Shown here: positions 28,651-37,454 of the stretch, one piece after another
Position numbering within the stretch: the first letter of the stretch is position 1
Layout of the letters: each line of letters starts with the position of its first letter
From: Variovorax sp.
Lineage (GTDB): Bacteria; Pseudomonadota; Gammaproteobacteria; Burkholderiales; Burkholderiaceae_C
Length of the DNA: 64,000 bases
NCBI GenBank assembly: GCA_017744935.1
Contig: JAGIAI010000008.1
Location: 40,268-104,267, forward strand
Direction of reading: 5' to 3'
Program-made: the position numbers and the translations under genes
Notes under the pieces: generated by a model
The model's input: only the letters and a program-made list of their open reading frames with translations
The model's database searches: none
What the model was told of the DNA's origin: nothing

Positions 28651-29434
28651 GGAGGGCTCCGTGCAGGGACTGCGACACCGCGGTGCAGTGCGCGTTGTAG
28701 CGGCTGGAGGTGCGGAAGGCTTCGCCGCGCGGGTACGGTTCGTCGATGCGGATCTCGTCGATCACGCGGCCCGGCCGGGGCGCCATCACGACGATGCGGT
28801 TCGACAGGTAGACCGATTCGTAGACGCTGTGCGTGACGAAGATGATCGAGAAGCGGTGCTCGCGCCAGATCGCGAGCAGGTCGTTGTTGAGCTTGATCCG
28901 CGTCATCTCGTCGAGCGCGGCAAAGGGCTCGTCCATCAGCAGCAAGCGCGGCCGCGTGACCAGCGCGCGTGCGATCGACACGCGCATCTTCATGCCGCCA
29001 GACAACTCGCGCGGATAGACGTTGGCGAAGCGCGAGAGACCGACCATTTCGAGCGCCTGAGAGACGACCGGCTGCGCCGCGTCTCGATTGACGCCCGCGA
29101 GCTTGAGCGGCAGCCAGACGTTGTCGAACACCTTGGCCCAGGGCATGAGGGTCGGCTCCTGGAAGACGAAGCCCAGTTCGCGGTCGATGCCAGACGGCGC
29201 GGCGGCGGCCTTCGACCACGCCACCTCGCCCGCGCTGATGCGCGTGAGGCCTGCGATGAGCCGCAGCGCCGTGCTCTTGCCGCAGCCCGAAGGGCCGAGG
29301 AAGCTGATGAAGTCGTGTTCGCCGCAATCGAGCGTCATGCCCTGCAGCGCGAGCGTGCCGTTGGCGAAGCGCTTGCTGACGTTGCGCAGGCCGACCAGCG
29401 GCTGCGCAGTTGTATTTGCGGTGTTCATGCCCAT
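28628..29434 (-). CDS. ABC transporter ATP-binding protein
   Basis: GPSGCGKST, LSGGMKMR, LLMDEPF, VTH. Confidence 0.95.
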   Translation of the reverse strand: MGMNTANTTAQPLVGLRNVSKRFANGTLALQGMTLDCGEHDFISFLGPSGCGKSTALRLIAGLTRISAGEVAWSKAAAAPSGIDRELGFVFQEPTLMPWAKVFDNVWLPLKLAGVNRDAAQPVVSQALEMVGLSRFANVYPRELSGGMKMRVSIARALVTRPRLLLMDEPFAALDEMTRIKLNNDLLAIWREHRFSIIFVTHSVYESVYLSNRIVVMAPRPGRVIDEIRIDEPYPRGEAFRTSSRYNAHCTAVSQSLHGALHGVDIDH

Positions 29435-30246
29435 GCCGGCTGGTTGTCGAGGCGTTCGAGCGGGAAGCGGTCGACCTCGTGCAGCAGCTCGACGAAGCGC
29501 TGGCCGACATGGTCGAGCACCGCCTTGCCCTTGGCCGCGGTGGCGCGGGTTGCGTCACCGGCGGCGCCCGCGGGATTGATGTCGTGCATCTGCCAGCCGA
29601 GCTTGCCGCTGGGCGTGATCGAGAGGTACTTGTTTTCCTTCGCGAGGTCTTCCGTCATCGAATGGAAGTTGCGGAAGTTCTCGGGCCGCACGTAGTCGGG
29701 CGTGAGATGCAGCATCACCGAGCTTTCGAGGTCGCCGGCATGCACCCCGTGCTTGCCTTCATGCGCGGTGAAAAGGCCTTCCGGCAGCCCCAGGGTGTAC
29801 CAGTTGGCGGCGACGACCATCATCCCGTGTGCCTCGCGCAGATCGCGCGCGACGATGTCCATCACCGACATCTGCCCGCCGTGGCTGTTGTAGAGCACCA
29901 GCTTGCGCACGCCGGCCTTTGCCACGCAGGCGCCGATGTCGGTCCACAGCGAGATCAGCGTGGTGGCAGAAACCGTCAACGTGCCGGGATAGCGCGAATG
30001 CTCATTGCTCTTGCCGTATGGAACGGTGGGGAGAAAAAGCACCGGAAGGTCGTCCGGGATGTGGGGGAGGGTGGCCTGCACCATGCCGTTGATGGTGGCG
30101 GTGTCGGTCGACATCGGCAGGTGCGGGCCGTGCTGCTCGGTCGCGCCTACGGGCAGCACGGCGATCAACCGGGAGCGATCGAGGCGGGAAAACTCTTCGC
30201 TGGTCAGATCGGACCAGAAGCGGCTGCGTGGTCGGGTGGAACTCAT
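29425..30246 (-). CDS. Creatininase-family amidohydrolase
   Basis: LPVGATEQHGPHLP..TD, SNEH, NSHGG, HAGDLESS. Confidence 0.93.
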   Translation of the reverse strand: MSSTRPRSRFWSDLTSEEFSRLDRSRLIAVLPVGATEQHGPHLPMSTDTATINGMVQATLPHIPDDLPVLFLPTVPYGKSNEHSRYPGTLTVSATTLISLWTDIGACVAKAGVRKLVLYNSHGGQMSVMDIVARDLREAHGMMVVAANWYTLGLPEGLFTAHEGKHGVHAGDLESSVMLHLTPDYVRPENFRNFHSMTEDLAKENKYLSITPSGKLGWQMHDINPAGAAGDATRATAAKGKAVLDHVGQRFVELLHEVDRFPLERLDNQPAWA

Positions 30247-30278
30247 CGGGCACCTCGTTCATCGTGAAGGTGCTTAAA

Positions 30279-30294
30279 TTATCCATTCGGTCAA
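30279..30294. promoter_or_regulatory. RutR-type operator, proximal
   Basis: TTATCCATTCGGTCAA versus the E. coli RutR consensus TTGACCAnnTGGTCAA; 33 nt upstream of the creatininase start. Confidence 0.6.
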
Positions 30295-30377
30295 AAAAGA
30301 ATGCTTAGCGTTTTCCCGATGTGGCACTCTTCATCGTGAAACCAAGGGTAATTCGTAGGGTGTGTACCTTGTTTTAA

Positions 30378-30393
30378 GTGACCGATTGGTCAA
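30378..30393. promoter_or_regulatory. RutR-type operator, distal
   Basis: GTGACCGATTGGTCAA, 12 of 14 defined positions match TTGACCAnnTGGTCAA; overlaps the SRPBCC stop codon. Confidence 0.7.
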
Positions 30394-30923
30394 ATTGATC
30401 CTTCGAGGCGCTGCTTCAGTTGGCGCACCGCGGTTCGCGATTCCTCGTCGATCTGCTGGCGGATGGTCCACCGGTTGAGCAGCGCGAACAGCAGGTTCGG
30501 CGCGCCGTATTCGAAGACGCGCATGAAATGCGTTCCTTCCGCCCTGGCCGTGAGCGTGTAGCTGACGGTGCCGGCTTCGCGGCCGCCGATGGTGCCTGCG
30601 ATGCGCCAGTAGCGATCGGGTTCGCGGTCGGTGACGCGCCAGGTCACGCGGCCGGTGTGGCCGGCGACGCTGAAGTCCTCCTCGACCGTCTCGCCGACCA
30701 GCAGTGAATGGTCCATCGCGCCGTGCACGCCGAGGGACGACGGATGCCAGTCCGGCCAATGGCTCGGCGTGGTGACATAGGCGTAGACATCGCCCGGCGG
30801 TCTGGCAATGTCCGCCTCGGAGACGATCCGCGTCGCGCCGAAATCGATCGGCGCGAGCAGCACCGCGGCGAGGGCGACCAGTGCCAGCGCGGACCCGATG
30901 ATCAGTTTTGATGTGCGGCTCAT
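30390..30923 (-). CDS. SRPBCC (polyketide cyclase-like) protein with N-terminal TM
   Basis: IARPPGDVYAYVT...WPDWHP pattern. Confidence 0.85.
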   Translation of the reverse strand: MSRTSKLIIGSALALVALAAVLLAPIDFGATRIVSEADIARPPGDVYAYVTTPSHWPDWHPSSLGVHGAMDHSLLVGETVEEDFSVAGHTGRVTWRVTDREPDRYWRIAGTIGGREAGTVSYTLTARAEGTHFMRVFEYGAPNLLFALLNRWTIRQQIDEESRTAVRQLKQRLEGSI

Positions 30924-31001
30924 GGCGGGACCTCCATGCGGTGGGGTGCCGCCTCGTCCGGATGCCGGACGTAATATCTGCGGCCTCTTCCTGAAACTGC
31001 G

Positions 31002-32213
31002 ATGTCAACTCCGTCGGTGTCTCCATTGTCCGCGTGCGACGTCCTCGTGATCGGCGCCGGCCCCGCCGGCAGCGCCTGCGCGCAGATGCTGGCGCGCGCA
31101 GGGGTCGACGTCCTGCTTGTCGATCAGCACGACTTCCCGCGCGACAAGGTCTGCGGGGACGGCTTGATCCCGGATGCGCACCGTGCGCTCGAACGGCTGG
31201 GCGTGCTGGACGAAGTGCTCTCGCGCGCCCGGGCTTCGGCGCAGGTCGGCTGCGTGGGGCCGAGCGGCGGGCGGGTCGAGGTGCCCGCGCGGCTGGCGGT
31301 GCTGCCGCGCCGCGAGTTCGACGAGATCGTCCGGCAGTCGGCGCTCGCGGCGGGCGCGCGCTGGCTTGCGCCAGCGAAGTTCGAGGCGCCGCTGGTCGAT
31401 GCGGACCAGCGCGTGGCCGGCGCGCGGCTCGTGCTGCCGGGCGGCGTGACCCAGTCGGTGACAGCGAAATGGACCGTGCTCGCGACCGGCGCCGCCTCGG
31501 GTCCGCTGACAGCCACGGGCTTGTGCACGCGCAAGGCGCCGAGCGGCATCGCGCTGCGCGGCTATGTGAGGCATCAGGCGATGGCGTCGCGGTCCACCGG
31601 CCTCGAGGTGGTGTGGCACCGCGCGCTGCGGCGCGGCTACGGCTGGATCTTTCCGTGCGCCGACGGGGTGTTCAACATCGGGGTGGGCGTGACGCACGAT
31701 GGCGACGTGAACCTGCGCGACCTCTTCGATGCTTTCAAGCGCATCCATCCGCCAGCGCGCGAGCTGATGGAGGGCGGCGAGCCGCTCGGTCCTTTCAAGG
31801 GTGCGCCGCTTCGCTGCTCCCTGTCGGGCGCGCGCTGGTCGCGGCCCGGCATGCTGGTGGCGGGCGAAGCCGCGGGCAGCACCTACCAGTTCACTGGCGA
31901 AGGCATCGGCAAGGCGCTGGAAACAGGCATGCTCGCCGCGGAGGCGATCGCCGATGCGCGGGACGCGGGATCGACGGGCGATGTGTGCGCGCGCTACGAA
32001 GCGGCGCTCGATGCGCTCAAGCCGCGCTTCGCTGCCTACGAACAGGCGAACCGCATCAACAACCATCCGTGGCTCGCCGATCTCCTGGTGCGGCGGGCGC
32101 GGCGCAGCCCGAGCCTGGTGAAGCGATTGAGCGGCGTGCTCGAAGAGACCCACGACCCGGGCCGGCTGGTGACGGCCGGCGGCGTCCTGCGGCTCCTCCT
32201 TCCGTTGGGCTGA
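31002..32213 (+). CDS. Geranylgeranyl reductase-family flavoprotein
   Basis: GAGPAGS, FPRDKVCGDG, GYGWIFP, GEAAG...FTGEGI. Confidence 0.9.
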   Translation: MSTPSVSPLSACDVLVIGAGPAGSACAQMLARAGVDVLLVDQHDFPRDKVCGDGLIPDAHRALERLGVLDEVLSRARASAQVGCVGPSGGRVEVPARLAVLPRREFDEIVRQSALAAGARWLAPAKFEAPLVDADQRVAGARLVLPGGVTQSVTAKWTVLATGAASGPLTATGLCTRKAPSGIALRGYVRHQAMASRSTGLEVVWHRALRRGYGWIFPCADGVFNIGVGVTHDGDVNLRDLFDAFKRIHPPARELMEGGEPLGPFKGAPLRCSLSGARWSRPGMLVAGEAAGSTYQFTGEGIGKALETGMLAAEAIADARDAGSTGDVCARYEAALDALKPRFAAYEQANRINNHPWLADLLVRRARRSPSLVKRLSGVLEETHDPGRLVTAGGVLRLLLPLG

Positions 32214-32292
32214 CCTCTCTTGCTCAACGCGCCCCATGGGCATATAAGTCGACATGGTTCCTTATTCGTCGCAAGACGGAAAGGAGGGTGCG

Positions 32293-32808
32293 ATGCGCAG
32301 ACGCATTTACTGGCTGATGCCGGACCTGGCGAGCGCCAGACGCGCGATGCACGATCTCGTGCAGGCGCGCGTCGACGTTGCGCGTATTCATTTCGCCGCT
32401 TCGGAAGGCACGGACTTGGCTGGCCTTCACGCTGCCAACATCTGGCAGACCTCTGACCTCGTTCACGCCGCAAAGACCGGGTGGGCCATCGGCAGCGCCT
32501 GCGGAATGATCTTCGGACTGATCGCGGGCCTCAACTTCCCTGTCATGGGTGACGAGCCCGAATGGGAGATGGTCCTGGTGCTCGGCGTGATGGGCGGCGT
32601 GGTCGGCGCCTGGTCAGCCAGCATGATCGGCATTTCGATCCCGAGCCCCTGCCTGCAGCGCTTCGAGGGGGCGATGGCGCAGGGATGGATCCTGCTGATG
32701 ATCGACACCCCGCGCTCGCGCGCCCACGACGTCGAAACGCTGCTTCGGACGATGCACCCCGAGGCCCTCTTCGAGGGCGAAGCGCAGCAGGTCCCGGCGT
32801 TTCGCTGA
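32293..32808 (+). CDS. Membrane protein, DUF1269-like
   Basis: MRRRIYWLMPDL..A, two Gly-rich TMs; AAGGAGG RBS. Confidence 0.7.
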   Translation: MRRRIYWLMPDLASARRAMHDLVQARVDVARIHFAASEGTDLAGLHAANIWQTSDLVHAAKTGWAIGSACGMIFGLIAGLNFPVMGDEPEWEMVLVLGVMGGVVGAWSASMIGISIPSPCLQRFEGAMAQGWILLMIDTPRSRAHDVETLLRTMHPEALFEGEAQQVPAFR

Positions 32809-32854
32809 GACGCCGCGGACCACACGATGGCGATGACGAGACAAGGAACCGCTC

Positions 32855-34018
32855 ATGGTCATGGCCATCGTCCTCCTCGTCATCGTGGTCGGCTCCGTGC
32901 TGTTCCACCTCTTCAGCCCGTGGTGGACCACGCCGCTCGCGTCCAACTGGAAGACGATGGACGACACGCTGACGATCACGCTGATCATCACCGGCATCTT
33001 CTTCGTCGCGATCAACCTCTTCGTCGTCTATGCGCTGGTGCGCTTCCGCCACCGCGAAGGCCGGCGTGCGCAGCTTGAACCCGAGAACCGCAAGCTCGAG
33101 CGCTGGCTGATCATCGGCACCTCCGTCGGCATCGCGGCGCTGCTTGCGCCCGGGCTGCTGGTCTACGCGAACTTCGTCAGGTCGCCGCCCGATGCGATGG
33201 TGCTCGAAGTGCTCGGCCAGCAATGGCAGTGGCACTACCGCTTTCCGGGCGAGGACGGCAAGCTCGGCGCGACCGATGCGCGATACGTCACGGGCGGCAA
33301 TCCCTTCGGCATCGACCCGAACGATCCGTCGGGCCAGGACGACCTGCTCGTGGCCTCCAACGAAGTGCACCTGCCGCTCGGCAAGCCGGTGCTCGTGCTG
33401 ATCCGTTCGCACGATGTGCTGCATGACTTCTACGTGCCGCCCTTCCGCGCGCGGATGAACAGCGTGCCCGGGCAGATCAGCCGCTTCTGGTTCACGCCGA
33501 CGGTCGCGGGACGCTATGAGGCCCTTTGCGCGCAGCTCTGCGGCGTCGGGCATCCCAACATGCGCGGCTTCGTGGTGGTGGAAGACGCTGCGGCCTTCCA
33601 GGCCTGGCAGACGACGCTGCCGACCTTTGCGAAGACGCAGGTCAAGGCAGCACCGGCACCGTCGGGCGAAGGCGCGGCGGGCGCCGCCGCGCGCATCGAA
33701 CAAGGGCGCGCTCTCTCCGAAGCGAAGGGATGCGTGGCCTGCCACACCATCGACGGCAGCCCGCGCGTGGGGCCGACCTGGAAGGGCCTGTTCGGCAAGA
33801 CCGAAACCATGGAAGACGGCTCCCGCGCGCTGGTGGACGAGGCGTATCTGCGCAACTTCATCACCGATCCGACCGCGCGGCGCGTGAAGGGCTTCCCGCC
33901 GGTCATGCCGAAGATGGATCTGAGCAAGGAGGAACTGGATGCGCTGGTGGCCTACATCCAGAGCCTCGGCAGCGCACCGCCCGCGCAGGCCGCCACCGAA
34001 CAGAAGGCACAGCGATGA
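32855..34018 (+). CDS. coxM: Cytochrome c oxidase subunit II with fused cytochrome c (CoxM-like)
   Basis: QQWQW, DVLHDF, CuA CAQLCGVGHPNM, C-terminal CVACH. Confidence 0.9.
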   Translation: MVMAIVLLVIVVGSVLFHLFSPWWTTPLASNWKTMDDTLTITLIITGIFFVAINLFVVYALVRFRHREGRRAQLEPENRKLERWLIIGTSVGIAALLAPGLLVYANFVRSPPDAMVLEVLGQQWQWHYRFPGEDGKLGATDARYVTGGNPFGIDPNDPSGQDDLLVASNEVHLPLGKPVLVLIRSHDVLHDFYVPPFRARMNSVPGQISRFWFTPTVAGRYEALCAQLCGVGHPNMRGFVVVEDAAAFQAWQTTLPTFAKTQVKAAPAPSGEGAAGAAARIEQGRALSEAKGCVACHTIDGSPRVGPTWKGLFGKTETMEDGSRALVDEAYLRNFITDPTARRVKGFPPVMPKMDLSKEELDALVAYIQSLGSAPPAQAATEQKAQR

Positions 34019-35790
34019 ATCCGCACGACGAAGACGACAGCGGGCATCACCACGAGCCCAAGACCTTCCTGACGCGCTACGTCTGGAGCCAGGACCACAA
34101 GGTGATCGCGGTGCAGTACGCCAGTACCGCGATCGCGGTCGGCGTGGTGGGCCTCGTGCTGTCGAACCTGATGCGGCTTCAGCTCGGGTTTCCGGGGCAT
34201 TTCGAATTCATCAACCCCGAGCGCTACTACCAGTTCGTGACGATGCACGGAATGATCATGGTGATCTACCTGCTCACCGCGCTCTTTCTGGGGGGCTTCG
34301 GCAACTACCTCATCCCGCTGATGGTCGGCGCGCGGGACATGGTGTTTCCCTACCTCAATATGCTCAGCTTCTGGGTCTACCTGCTCTCGGTGCTGGTGCT
34401 GATGGCGAGCTTCTTCGTCGGCAGCGGTCCGACCGGCGCGGGGTGGACGCTCTATCCGCCGCAGTCGATCCTGCCCGGCACGCCGGGCTACGAAGGCGGC
34501 ATCCAGCTGATGCTGGTGTCGCTCATCATCTTCATCGTCGCGACGACGATGGGCGGCCTCAACTACGTCACCACCGTGCTCCAGGCGCGTTGCCAGGGCA
34601 TGACGCTGATGCGCATGCCGCTCACCGTCTGGGGCATCTTCGTGGCGACCATCCTCGCGCTGCTGGGCTTCCCGGCGCTGTTCGTGAGCGGCGTGATGCT
34701 GCTGCTCGACCGCACGCTGGGCACGAGCTTCTTCATGCCGGCGCTGGTGTCGATGGGGCAGGTCACGAACTACAAGGGCGGCAGCCCGCTGCTGTTCCAG
34801 CATCTCTTCTGGTTCTTCGGCCATCCGGAGGTCTACATCGTGGCGCTGCCGGCCTTCGGCATCGTCTCCGACCTGATCAGCGTGCATGCGCGCAAGTGCA
34901 TCTTCGGCTACCGGATGATGGTGTGGGCCATCGTCGCGATCGGCGGGCTCAGCGTGGTCGTCTGGGCCCACCACATGTTCGTCGCGGGCACGAATCCGTA
35001 CTTCGGCTTCTTCTTCGCGACCACCACGCTGATCATCGCGGTGCCGACCGCGATCAAGGTCTACAACTGGCTGCTGACGCTGTGGCGCGGCGACATCCAT
35101 CTCTCGGTGCCGATGCTCTTCGCACTGGCGTTCGTCTGCACCTTCGCGATCGGTGGCCTGACGGGGCTGTTCCTCGGCAACGTGAGCGTCGACATTCCGC
35201 TGTCGGGCACCTACTTTGTGGTGGCGCACTTCCACATGGTGATGGGCGTGGCGCCGCTGCTGGTGGTGTTCGGCGGCATCTATCACTGGTACCCGAAAGT
35301 CTCCGGGCGCATGCTCGACGACCGGCTCGGGCAGCTGCATTTCTGGATTACCTTCCTCGGCACCTACCTGATCTACTTCCCGATGCACTACCTCGGCGTG
35401 CTCGGCATGCCGAGGCGCTACTACAACTTCGACGGCTACAAGTTCATCCCGCAGTCGGCGTTCGCGCTGAACGAGTTCATCACGGTGGTCGCGCTGATCG
35501 TCGGCGCGGCGCAGTTCATCTTCATCTTCAACCTCGTGTGGAGTCTGTGGCGCGGCCGGCCGGCGACCGCCAATCCATGGAAGGCCGCATCGCTCGAATG
35601 GCAGACCGCCACGACGCCACCGCCGCATGGCAACTGGGGGCCGCGCCTGCCGGTGGTCTATCGCTGGGCCTATGCCTATGGAACGCCGGGTGCGAAGGAA
35701 GACTTCATCCCGCAGAACGCACCGCCGGAAGCCGGCGGCATCGAACCCGAGGCGCACGGCAAGGGTGAAGCCAGTGGAGTGCCGGCATGA
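34015..35790 (+). CDS. coxN: Heme-copper oxidase subunit I, type A1 (CoxN-like)
   Basis: TMHG, GWTLYPP, FGHPEVY, WAHHM, VAHFH, GMPRR. Confidence 0.93.
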   Translation: MNPHDEDDSGHHHEPKTFLTRYVWSQDHKVIAVQYASTAIAVGVVGLVLSNLMRLQLGFPGHFEFINPERYYQFVTMHGMIMVIYLLTALFLGGFGNYLIPLMVGARDMVFPYLNMLSFWVYLLSVLVLMASFFVGSGPTGAGWTLYPPQSILPGTPGYEGGIQLMLVSLIIFIVATTMGGLNYVTTVLQARCQGMTLMRMPLTVWGIFVATILALLGFPALFVSGVMLLLDRTLGTSFFMPALVSMGQVTNYKGGSPLLFQHLFWFFGHPEVYIVALPAFGIVSDLISVHARKCIFGYRMMVWAIVAIGGLSVVVWAHHMFVAGTNPYFGFFFATTTLIIAVPTAIKVYNWLLTLWRGDIHLSVPMLFALAFVCTFAIGGLTGLFLGNVSVDIPLSGTYFVVAHFHMVMGVAPLLVVFGGIYHWYPKVSGRMLDDRLGQLHFWITFLGTYLIYFPMHYLGVLGMPRRYYNFDGYKFIPQSAFALNEFITVVALIVGAAQFIFIFNLVWSLWRGRPATANPWKAASLEWQTATTPPPHGNWGPRLPVVYRWAYAYGTPGAKEDFIPQNAPPEAGGIEPEAHGKGEASGVPA

Positions 35791-36407
35791 CCGCCACGAT
35801 GGTCGCCCCGCGCATCGACCGCGGCCCCGGTCCCGCCGCGCCGCGTGCGAGGGCGGCGAGCATCGGTCTCTGGGTCTTCATGGGCGTGGTGACGGCGCTG
35901 TTCTCGCTCTTCGCGATGGCCTACCTGATGCGCATGAACAGCACGGATGCGGTGACGCTCGCCCTGCCGTGGCAACTCTGGCTGAGCACCGCGCTGCTCA
36001 TCGCCGGCAGCCTGACCTTGCTGCGCGCGGGCGCGGCGGCAAGCCGAGTGGATGCGACTCGCGCGCGCGGACTGCTGCTCGCGGGTGGAATCTGCGCGAT
36101 CGCATTCCTGTGCGTGCAGCTCTGGGCCTGGCGTGCGCTGCTGAACGCCCAGGTGATGCCCGCGGGCAACCCGGCCGGCAGCTTCTTCTACCTGCTCACT
36201 GCCATGCACGGTCTGCACGTCGCTGGGGGTCTCATCGCGTGGGCGTGGGTCGTGCGAACCTTCCCGCGCGAGGCGCCCGATGGCGGCTGGCGCATCGCGC
36301 TGTGCGCCCGCTACTGGCACTTCATGCTGGCGGTATGGCTGGCGCTGTTCGCCCTGCTCGCCTGGGTCACGCCGGAGGTGGCACGCCTCATCTGCGGCAC
36401 TGTCTGA
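35787..36407 (+). CDS. coxO: Cytochrome c oxidase subunit III-like (CoxO)
   Basis: FFYLLTAMHGLHV, YWHFM. Confidence 0.85.
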   Translation: MTATMVAPRIDRGPGPAAPRARAASIGLWVFMGVVTALFSLFAMAYLMRMNSTDAVTLALPWQLWLSTALLIAGSLTLLRAGAAASRVDATRARGLLLAGGICAIAFLCVQLWAWRALLNAQVMPAGNPAGSFFYLLTAMHGLHVAGGLIAWAWVVRTFPREAPDGGWRIALCARYWHFMLAVWLALFALLAWVTPEVARLICGTV

Positions 36408-36417
36408 AAGGGCCTCC

Positions 36418-37116
36418 ATGAGTACCGCGACTGCTGCATCTCACTCCACCGCGGGCACCGCAGCCCTCGAAGGGCTGCGCGGCCTGGTGTCCGACTGGTC
36501 CTCCGACCGCCGTGCCTTCCACGTGTCGTGGGGCAAGGCGATGATGTGGATCTTCCTGCTGAGCGACACCTTCGTCTTCAGCTGCTTCCTCATCGGCTAC
36601 ATGACGGTGCGCGTATCGACCACCGCGAACTGGCCGAATCCGAGCGAGGTGTTCGGGCTGAACGTCGGCGGCGCGGACGTGCCCCTTCTGCTGATCGCGA
36701 TCATGACCTTCGTGCTTATCAGCAGCAGCGGCACGATGGCGATGGCGGTCAACTGTGCCTATCGCCGCGACAAAATCAACGCGGCCACGCTGATGATCGT
36801 GACCGCCACTTGCGGCGAGATCTTCGTCGGCATGCAAGCCTTCGAGTGGTCCAAGCTCATCCTCCATGAAGGCGTGCGGCCCTGGGGCAATCCGATGGGG
36901 GCGGCACAGTTCGGTTCGGCCTTCTTCATGATCACCGGCTTTCACGGGCTGCACGTCTCCGCGGGCGTGGTCTACCTTCTCACGGTGGCCTTCAAGCTGG
37001 TGCGGGGCGACTACGACAAGAGCGGCAACTACCAGATCGTCGAGATCGCGGGCCTCTACTGGCACTTCGTCGATCTGGTGTGGGTCTTCATCTTTGCGCT
37101 GTTCTATCTCTGGTGA
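36418..37116 (+). CDS. coxP: Cytochrome c oxidase subunit III-like (CoxP)
   Basis: WGKAMMWIFLLSD, FFMITGFHGLHV, YWHFVDLVW. Confidence 0.88.
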   Translation: MSTATAASHSTAGTAALEGLRGLVSDWSSDRRAFHVSWGKAMMWIFLLSDTFVFSCFLIGYMTVRVSTTANWPNPSEVFGLNVGGADVPLLLIAIMTFVLISSSGTMAMAVNCAYRRDKINAATLMIVTATCGEIFVGMQAFEWSKLILHEGVRPWGNPMGAAQFGSAFFMITGFHGLHVSAGVVYLLTVAFKLVRGDYDKSGNYQIVEIAGLYWHFVDLVWVFIFALFYLW

Positions 37117-37124
37117 GGTCGACC

Positions 37125-37454
37125 ATGAATCCATCCGGCACACCCAGCGGCACCGGCCAGCAACATCCGATCAGCCTCTATCTCAAGATATGGGGGCTGC
37201 TCTTCGTGCTGAGCACGATGTCGTACCTGGTCGATTACTTCCACTTCCAGGGCCTGTGGCGCTGGTCGCTCATCGTGATCTTCATGCTGCTGAAGGCCGG
37301 GCTGATCGTCTCGGTGTTCATGCACATGGCATGGGAGCGGTTGTCCCTGGTCTACGCCATCCTGGTGCCCCCTCTGGCACTGCTGGTGCTGGTCGGGCTC
37401 ATGTTCGCGGAGGCCGGCCACACCTTCGTGACGCGGCATCTGTTCTTCAACTAG
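37125..37454 (+). CDS. coxQ: Cytochrome c oxidase subunit IV family (CoxQ)
   Basis: Three TMs; KAGLIVSVFMHM.WE. Confidence 0.85.
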   Translation: MNPSGTPSGTGQQHPISLYLKIWGLLFVLSTMSYLVDYFHFQGLWRWSLIVIFMLLKAGLIVSVFMHMAWERLSLVYAILVPPLALLVLVGLMFAEAGHTFVTRHLFFN

